From an uncultured SAR86 cluster bacterium (GTDB lineage Bacteria; Pseudomonadota; Gammaproteobacteria; Magnimaribacterales; D2472), in assembly GCA_902511575.1 (NCBI GenBank), contig CABXFU010000004.1, positions 65,350-129,349 of the forward strand: a DNA stretch of 64,000 nt. Reading direction: 5' to 3'. The position numbers and the translations under genes were made by a program. Under the pieces are notes generated by a model. That model was not told the origin of the DNA. It worked only from the letters and a program-made list of their open reading frames with translations, and ran no database searches. How positions within the stretch are numbered: the stretch's first letter is position 1; every line of letters begins with the position of its first letter. Positions 58,072 to 64,000 of the stretch are shown here, in pieces.

Positions 58072-60147
58072 TTATTGTGTGGTCTCAGTTTTATATCTCT
58101 CAAACCAAGCAAGAATATGATCAACTTTTGTAATTAGTCGAGAGGGTCTGCTTGCAATGCCATGAGAAGTATCTGGCAGGCGAACCATTGCACTGTCTAC
58201 TCCTTTTAATCTTAGGGCTTGATAAAATTGTTCGGTTTCTGAAATAGGCGTCCTTCGATCATCTTCACCTGTCAGCAACATTGTTGGGGTGGTCACATTC
58301 CCCATTAACGATAACGGTGATCTTTTCCAGTAATGCTCAAGATGTTCCCAAGGAGGACCTGGGAATTGATGATAGATTTGACCGACCATAGAGTCAGCAG
58401 TCAGCGGTTTACTTAACCAATTAATGACAGGTTTAGCAGCAACTGCAGCATTAAAACGGTCCGTTAATCCAACCGCATATGCAGTAGCTATCCCACCGGC
58501 ACTGCCACCAGCAACAAAAAGGTTTGTATCATCAATAAACCCAAGATCAATTAATGTGTCTATGCCTGACATATGATCAGCAAAATCTTCTTCACTAGAA
58601 TATTTGTATTGCAAAAGAAGGGCAAAATCTTCTCCATACGATAGGCTGCCGCGATAGTTATTATAAAAAACAACATATCCAGCCGCTGCCATGATTTGTA
58701 ATTCAGCGGAGAAATAGGGACCATAAGCTAGATGTGGTCCACCATGAATTTCAAGAATTAATGGATATTTTTTTGAAGGATCAAAATCTGGCGGAGTAAT
58801 ATACCAACCCTGAATTTCCTGATTATCGAAGGAGGATTTATAGGTAATTTCGTTGACTGTCCCTAATTTACGGTGGCTTAAAAGATCATCATTTAAGGCT
58901 GTTAAAATTTGTACTTCTTCTTTATTTATCACAGCAATATTTGCTGGTCGTTCAGAAGTCCCGTGAGTATATGCAATAGTATTATTAGCAAGATGAAAAC
59001 CTCCTGAAAGGTAGGGCCTTCCAAGCGTTGTTCCACCAAGTCCTTTTGTAATCTCTTTAAGTTCACCATTTGTGGTGACTTGACCGATCTTTCTAATACC
59101 ACGCTCATCATAAGCAAAGAAAATCGACTTGCTATCATTGGCCCAATGTAAATTATTCGCATCTCCATCTAGATCCTCTGTTAGCAAGCGGATGTTATTT
59201 CCATTTAGATCCATGATTGCGATCTGATCTGGCGTGTAGGCAAGAGGCCGTCTTTCTTCTTGATTAAATGCAATCAACTTTCCATTTGGTGATATGACTG
59301 GTGAGCGCTCAGCACCAGATTGGTTGGTGATTTGCTTAATGTCTTTCGTGGCTAAATTTACTGAATAAATATCTGCTTCATCGCTTACAAGTTCCCAGTC
59401 AGCAGAGCGATAAGCTGAAAAGAAAATATCAGTGCTTTCAGGTGACCAAGCTAGAGATCCATAATGATTAAAATTACCTTCAGTCAGTTGTCGTGCAGAG
59501 CCTCCTTCCGCAGGAACAACAAATACATGGCGATATGCAGGTTCAACAATCCCTTGTCCATCATACTGATACTGGGTTGTTGTTACAGTTATTGGTCCCT
59601 TGGCCCAAGTAGCGCCTTCAGGTTTTGTTCGAGTCTCAGCAATGGTCTCAGATGGCGCTTTAACATTCATGGTAAAAGCAAGCCACTTCCCATCTGGTGA
59701 CCAGGACAGATTTGACGGCGAAGCTTGTAAATGTGAAATAAGTGCAGTTTCTCCATTATCCAGCCATCTCACATGAATCTGTTGCGACCCAGTATCATTA
59801 GAAACAAATGCGAGCTTTTCTCCATTTGGAGACCAGCGAGGTGATCTTATGTTTTTTAAGCCAGAATAAAGAGGCCTATGATCAGTTCCATCTTCCGAAA
59901 TCTGCCATAAGTTAGATCGCTCGCGATCTTTCATGATGTCATTTGATTTTCGAACATAGACAATGCTTTTTCCATTGGGCGAGACGCGAGGGTCAGTCGC
60001 CCACTCAAGCTCAAATACATCCATTGGCTCGAACTCAGCAAGGTTTTCTTTTGAATTAGCCAAAGGGCTCATCATGAGCGCTAGAGCAAATGGTACTAGG
60101 AGTGTTTGCATTAAAAACAAACCATTAGTGTGGTTTTTATTTTTCAT
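58072..60147 (-). CDS. S9 family serine peptidase (prolyl oligopeptidase/acylaminoacyl-peptidase type) with an N-terminal beta-propeller
   Basis: Repeated SP.G..IAF/W.SPDG propeller motifs, the nucleophile VAGGSAGG, and late Asp/His residues (GEDDRR...DTSHGI). Confidence 0.85.
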   Translation of the reverse strand: MKNKNHTNGLFLMQTLLVPFALALMMSPLANSKENLAEFEPMDVFELEWATDPRVSPNGKSIVYVRKSNDIMKDRERSNLWQISEDGTDHRPLYSGLKNIRSPRWSPNGEKLAFVSNDTGSQQIHVRWLDNGETALISHLQASPSNLSWSPDGKWLAFTMNVKAPSETIAETRTKPEGATWAKGPITVTTTQYQYDGQGIVEPAYRHVFVVPAEGGSARQLTEGNFNHYGSLAWSPESTDIFFSAYRSADWELVSDEADIYSVNLATKDIKQITNQSGAERSPVISPNGKLIAFNQEERRPLAYTPDQIAIMDLNGNNIRLLTEDLDGDANNLHWANDSKSIFFAYDERGIRKIGQVTTNGELKEITKGLGGTTLGRPYLSGGFHLANNTIAYTHGTSERPANIAVINKEEVQILTALNDDLLSHRKLGTVNEITYKSSFDNQEIQGWYITPPDFDPSKKYPLILEIHGGPHLAYGPYFSAELQIMAAAGYVVFYNNYRGSLSYGEDFALLLQYKYSSEEDFADHMSGIDTLIDLGFIDDTNLFVAGGSAGGIATAYAVGLTDRFNAAVAAKPVINWLSKPLTADSMVGQIYHQFPGPPWEHLEHYWKRSPLSLMGNVTTPTMLLTGEDDRRTPISETEQFYQALRLKGVDSAMVRLPDTSHGIASRPSRLITKVDHILAWFERYKTETTQ

Positions 60148-60276
60148 TGGATTAGCATAATTGATAATAATATTCTCGAACAGTATTTCTTTAATTGTCG
60201 GCTTTTATTCAGCGCTTCAAAATAATTTAGTGTCTTAAGTGTTATATTTAATACTTAATAAACAAATTGGAGAAAA

Positions 60277-61032
60277 ATGAATTTTTTAAAAACATTATTA
60301 ATAGTTCCATTGCTTTTAAGCTCTCAAATCTTTGCTGGCCATCATGAGGAATCAAGAGTTAGCCAGAAAACAATGATGAACAACATTAAAACTACTAAAT
60401 CATGGATTGATGCTGGTTATACTGATAAAGATGCTTTTATGGCTATTGTAAATAAACATATGTCTGATGATGGTTATAACTATCCTGGAAGATTTATTGG
60501 TTTTGGGTTTAATTTTGATCCTAGCAATGACGAGATGGTGGTAGATTGGGTAATAGAGAACAGTCCAGCTGTTGGTGTCCTTGAAAGCGGTGATACTTTT
60601 GTGTCTGTTGCAGGCGTTCCTGCAACCAGAGAAAATAGAGAGAACGGCGTCTTATCTTTTACCGGTCTTCCAGGCCAGCCTGTTGAAGCTGTTGTAAATA
60701 GAAACGGAAAGAACGTCAATGTCTCTTTTAAAAGAGGGTTGGTGAGTCCTAGGTATACCAAAGCTCAGGTTATGGAGAATATTGAATCTTCCAATGCTGA
60801 AGATTGGGGCGCAGACGAATATAAGATTATTGAAGTCGCCGCAAATAGAAGCAAGAACGTTGTTTATGCTTGGACTTGGCATAAGTTTACAGACGATATT
60901 ACTGATCTTCAGTATGAAGAAAATCAAGTAACAAGATTCCAATTCAACGAGTATGGGCAAGTTATTGCTAGAGGCGATATGTCGGAAGAATCCTTAGTTC
61001 AAAGCCAATTAGGATTTAAAGTTTCAAGATAG
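60277..61032 (+). CDS. Secreted hypothetical protein with a PDZ-like central segment and a GHHEE N-terminus
   Basis: Signal peptide ...SSQIFA|GHHEES. The PDZ-like block is ENSPAVGVLESGDTFVSVAGVP...GQPVEAVVNRNGKNVNVSFKRG. Confidence 0.45.
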   Translation: MNFLKTLLIVPLLLSSQIFAGHHEESRVSQKTMMNNIKTTKSWIDAGYTDKDAFMAIVNKHMSDDGYNYPGRFIGFGFNFDPSNDEMVVDWVIENSPAVGVLESGDTFVSVAGVPATRENRENGVLSFTGLPGQPVEAVVNRNGKNVNVSFKRGLVSPRYTKAQVMENIESSNAEDWGADEYKIIEVAANRSKNVVYAWTWHKFTDDITDLQYEENQVTRFQFNEYGQVIARGDMSEESLVQSQLGFKVSR

Positions 61033-61052
61033 TTCATACTTATTACTAAAAT

Positions 61053-61080
61053 AAAGGGGCATAAAGCCCCTTTATTTTTT
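61053..61080. terminator. Bidirectional terminator hairpin overlapping the stop of the amidohydrolase gene
   Basis: AAAGGGGC-ATAA-AGCCCCTTT followed by ATTTTTT, between convergent genes. Confidence 0.7.
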
Positions 61081-62742
61081 TGCATTAAATACTTGTTGTC
61101 CTCTAGAAAAGGTTGCCACTACTTCAATCTCTAAAATATTTTTTATATCAATGCTTAGAGGATCCTGAGACAAAACAACAAAATCAGCTTGCTTACCAAC
61201 TTCGATGGTGCCCTTGATGTCATCTTCAAAGTGTTGATAGGCAGCGTTTATTGTCATTGCCTCAAGAGCAGAATATGTGGATATTTTTTGCTCTTCGCCC
61301 AGCACTTTTCCAGATCTGGTTTTTCGATTCGTTGTGGACCATAGCAGTCTGATCATATCTGGGGGTACAACCGGAGCATCATTATGGACGGTGAAAGGCA
61401 TTTTTCTCTTGAGAGTGGATTTTGTAGGACTTATACGCATGGCACGATCTTCCCCAAACACTGAATCTCTATGCCAGTCACCCCAGTAGAATGTATGGGT
61501 TGAAAAATAAGACGGTATGATGCTTAGTTCTTTCATTTGATCCAGCTGATCTTCTCTAACGGTTTGCGCATGAATCATGATGGTTCGATGATCGGAAGTA
61601 ATGTCTGCATCTTTTACAGCCTCAATCAGCATATCAGCTGCAGCGTCACCATTGGCATGGGCCATAATGGGAATGTTGAGGTCAACATACCACTTTACCC
61701 ATTTCGAAACTTCTGACTGCGGAATAAGAGGATATCCTTTATATGAATCTGACTCACTGTGAGGTGGCTTGTAATAGGGCTCAGTTAAATAAGCGGTTTT
61801 TCCTTGAGGCGAACCATCTAAAATTAGTTTGATACCCCCAATTTTTAATCTTCCTTCATAGTTACCAAAATTAATTGAATCTAGATTTTGATCTAATCCA
61901 TTTTGTCCTATGGGGTAACTAATAATATCCAGGTTGATCATGCCTTGCGCATCAGCTGCCTGCATTAAAACAATGGTTTCTGGGCTAGAGGCTCCATCTT
62001 GAGCTGTGGTAATTCCATTTCTAGCATAAATATTCATGGCTTGTTTAACACTTCCAATGGGATCTTTATAGGCGCTCATGGCCAGTTGTTGCAGGGGGTA
62101 TGCAGCTGTTTCCTCAAACACTCCATTTGGTTCTAATGAGTGTTCATATCTCCGAATCCTCCCTCCCGGCGGATCTTGAGTTTCTGAGTTAATATTTGCC
62201 AACGACAAGCCTAAAGAATTAGCTGCACCAAGATGAGCTGAAACATGAATGAGATATATCGGGTGTTCAGTGCTGACTTCATCAAGGTCATCTTTCGTGG
62301 GATGCCTTTGTTCTTCTAGCAGCGAATCATCATAACCAAGACCCATTACCCATTCACCAGGTTTTAGATTAGAGTCATTGATAAATTTTCTGAGTTCGGT
62401 CTGGAGTTCCTTAATATTTTTAATAGTGCCTACTGGAGGAGAGGCAATGTTTGCAACCTGAGTGGCAAATGCTAAATAAGAAGCATGACCATGCGCATCA
62501 ATAAAGCCTGGAAGAACTGCCTGATTACCAAAATCTATATGCTTGCCTTGAATATGTTTTGCATTTTTGTGAGAGCCTATCCAGATAATTTCTTTATTTT
62601 TCACTGCAATAGATAAAGGCTGAGCTTGCTCGTTGCCTGTCATTAAAATTACTTTGTTTGAAGTTAGAATTAAGTCAGCTTCCTTGATTTTTTGATCAGA
62701 GGAACATGAGCTGATTAGCAGCAAGCAAAATAAATATCGCAT
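61072..62742 (-). CDS. Amidohydrolase-3 (YtcJ-like) metal-dependent hydrolase, lipoprotein
   Basis: Lipobox LLISSCSS, the metal motif GFIDAHGH, and late MAHANGD and HNDAP blocks. Confidence 0.75.
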   Translation of the reverse strand: MRYLFCLLLISSCSSDQKIKEADLILTSNKVILMTGNEQAQPLSIAVKNKEIIWIGSHKNAKHIQGKHIDFGNQAVLPGFIDAHGHASYLAFATQVANIASPPVGTIKNIKELQTELRKFINDSNLKPGEWVMGLGYDDSLLEEQRHPTKDDLDEVSTEHPIYLIHVSAHLGAANSLGLSLANINSETQDPPGGRIRRYEHSLEPNGVFEETAAYPLQQLAMSAYKDPIGSVKQAMNIYARNGITTAQDGASSPETIVLMQAADAQGMINLDIISYPIGQNGLDQNLDSINFGNYEGRLKIGGIKLILDGSPQGKTAYLTEPYYKPPHSESDSYKGYPLIPQSEVSKWVKWYVDLNIPIMAHANGDAAADMLIEAVKDADITSDHRTIMIHAQTVREDQLDQMKELSIIPSYFSTHTFYWGDWHRDSVFGEDRAMRISPTKSTLKRKMPFTVHNDAPVVPPDMIRLLWSTTNRKTRSGKVLGEEQKISTYSALEAMTINAAYQHFEDDIKGTIEVGKQADFVVLSQDPLSIDIKNILEIEVVATFSRGQQVFNAKK

Positions 62743-62823
62743 ATGTTATTAGGTAATAAGTTAAATAAATATTGTATTACTAAATATAGATTTTTTACCC
62801 ATCAAGTATATTTTTAGTTTTTG

Positions 62824-62849
62824 AAATATTTACTAATGAGTAAATATTT
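62824..62849. promoter_or_regulatory. Inverted repeat AAATATTTAC-TAATGA-GTAAATATTT in a divergent promoter region
   Basis: Perfect 10-bp arms, located between the amidohydrolase gene (minus strand) and TBDR 5 (plus strand). Confidence 0.3.
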
Positions 62850-62965
62850 GTATTTTTTTAATTGCATTCATGAGATTTATTATGTTTACTATTAAATATA
62901 TTAAATATTTATAAATAATCTTTATAATATTTTTTTCAATACTTACTTTTAGGGGGGGTTAAGTT

Positions 62966-64000
62966 ATGAAATTTACCACATTCGTTTATGGTCTAAAGGC
63001 TGCTGCACTTGCAGGTAGTTTTTTGCTTTTAATTAATCCAGCTGCTGCACAAGATGAGGCAGTCAATTCAATTGAGGAGGTCATAGTTACCTCTCAAAGA
63101 GTTGAAGAGAGTTTGCAAGATGTTCCTATTGCTGTGACAGCTCTAACAGCTGACATGCTAGAGGATCAACAAATTCAATCAGGATCAGATTTGCAGCTTA
63201 TTACGCCAAGTTTAAATTTCCAAGGAAATGATTCTGGGGGCGGAGCATTTAATATTCGAGGTATTACTAACCTTGCTGTTTCAGCCACAGCGGAGTCAGG
63301 TGTAGAAATTCATGTGAATGATTTGCCTGTTGGCTCAACAACTATGCAAGATGGTGAATTTTTAGACATGGAGCGTATTGAGGTTCTTAGAGGTCCGCAA
63401 GGAACGCTTTATGGTAAAAATTCTGTAGGAGGAGCCATCAATCTCATCACGGCAAGACCAAGATTTGGCGAGGTTACTCAAAAGGTTTCAGTTGACTTAG
63501 GCGATTATAATTTAGAAAAACTTAGATACACTGTTAATTATCCTCTGAGCGATACCATGGCCGCAAGATTTGCGCTTATGTCTGTTGAACGCGATGGTGA
63601 TATTAAAAATATATACTCAAAAGCTCCTACCTCTCATATCAATGGCAGAGACTCATCTGCGTATAGATTTTCTTTTGCATGGCAGCTTAGTGATAAGACA
63701 GATATTCTATTTGTACATGATCATTATGAAGAAGATTCTACTCGTCATTATGTAAATAATAGATATTGTAAACGTGACCCCTCAGTAGCTGTTGGTTGTA
63801 CTCCAGGTGCCCCCTTGGTTCATGAGTTAACTCATCCAATGGCAACCTTTGTAGAAAATCTAGCAATCTTGACTGGTATTTTAGATTACACCCCGGTCAC
63901 AGATATGTCGGGCGCACCAAAGGGTTTTTGGCAGTCTAACAACAGAGGAAATCCAAGATATATTATTGATCAAGACATAACTCAACTAATTATCAATCAT
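62966..64000 (+). CDS. TonB-dependent receptor (TBDR 5), N-terminal 345 codons; it runs off the window and is absent from the ORF track
   Basis: My translation is MKFTTFVYGLKAAALAGSFLLLINPAAAQDEAVNSIEEVIVTSQRVEESLQDVPIAVTALT...RIEVLRGPQGTLYGKNSVGGAINLITARP... There is no stop codon through nt 64000. An AGGGGGGG SD sits at 62951-62958. Confidence 0.85.
   Translation, partial: MKFTTFVYGLKAAALAGSFLLLINPAAAQDEAVNSIEEVIVTSQRVEESLQDVPIAVTALTADMLEDQQIQSGSDLQLITPSLNFQGNDSGGGAFNIRGITNLAVSATAESGVEIHVNDLPVGSTTMQDGEFLDMERIEVLRGPQGTLYGKNSVGGAINLITARPRFGEVTQKVSVDLGDYNLEKLRYTVNYPLSDTMAARFALMSVERDGDIKNIYSKAPTSHINGRDSSAYRFSFAWQLSDKTDILFVHDHYEEDSTRHYVNNRYCKRDPSVAVGCTPGAPLVHELTHPMATFVENLAILTGILDYTPVTDMSGAPKGFWQSNNRGNPRYIIDQDITQLIINH

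Noticed and set aside
57385-62742. tRNA-Gly could be the integration site of a genomic island covering the downstream genes.
   Set aside because: There is no integrase, no visible direct repeat of the tRNA 3' end downstream, and no obvious compositional break by eye. The downstream genes look like ordinary peptidase and hydrolase functions.

Overview
AT-rich, densely packed chromosomal segment from a streamlined marine heterotroph. The tRNA-Gly, the arg operon type and five TonB-dependent receptors (TBDRs) point to a SAR86-like Gammaproteobacterium; this taxonomic call is inference only. No rRNA, CRISPR array, transposase or integrase gene was seen. Contents from left to right: (1) a methyl-group/C1 oxidation island at 1-9257, with class III ADH, an HPP protein, an MTHFR-like protein, two DmdA-like GcvT-family aminomethyltransferases, a DMGDH-like flavoprotein, an NTF2-like protein and a BCCT transporter. 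(2) A TBDR, then a TPR-sulfotransferase, an ABC-2 exporter pair and a small orphan ORF. (3) putA and a second TBDR. (4) A translationally coupled korA/korB 2-oxoacid:ferredoxin oxidoreductase operon led by a GltD-like Fe-S flavoprotein/ferredoxin fusion with an integrase-like N-terminal extension. (5) Housekeeping genes: a MetB/MetC-family enzyme, rhlE and typA. (6) A tight operon of SDR, serine hydrolase, S1/P1 nuclease and patatin, followed by an RRM protein. (7) A third TBDR with an esterase. (8) A Xanthomonas-type arginine operon: argF' (acetylornithine carbamoyltransferase), argG, argE, a vertebrate-like bifunctional NAGS/K, argC and argH. (9) A fourth TBDR, a CoA-transferase, tRNA-Gly(GCC), an S9 peptidase, an amidohydrolase and a fifth, partial TBDR that is absent from the ORF track. 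The best candidates for uncharacterised biology are the sulfotransferase/ABC-2 module, the integrase-like extension on the Fe-S flavoprotein, and an X-His-His-Glu motif at the predicted mature N-terminus of three secreted proteins. All family calls rest on motifs read by eye; no database search was possible.
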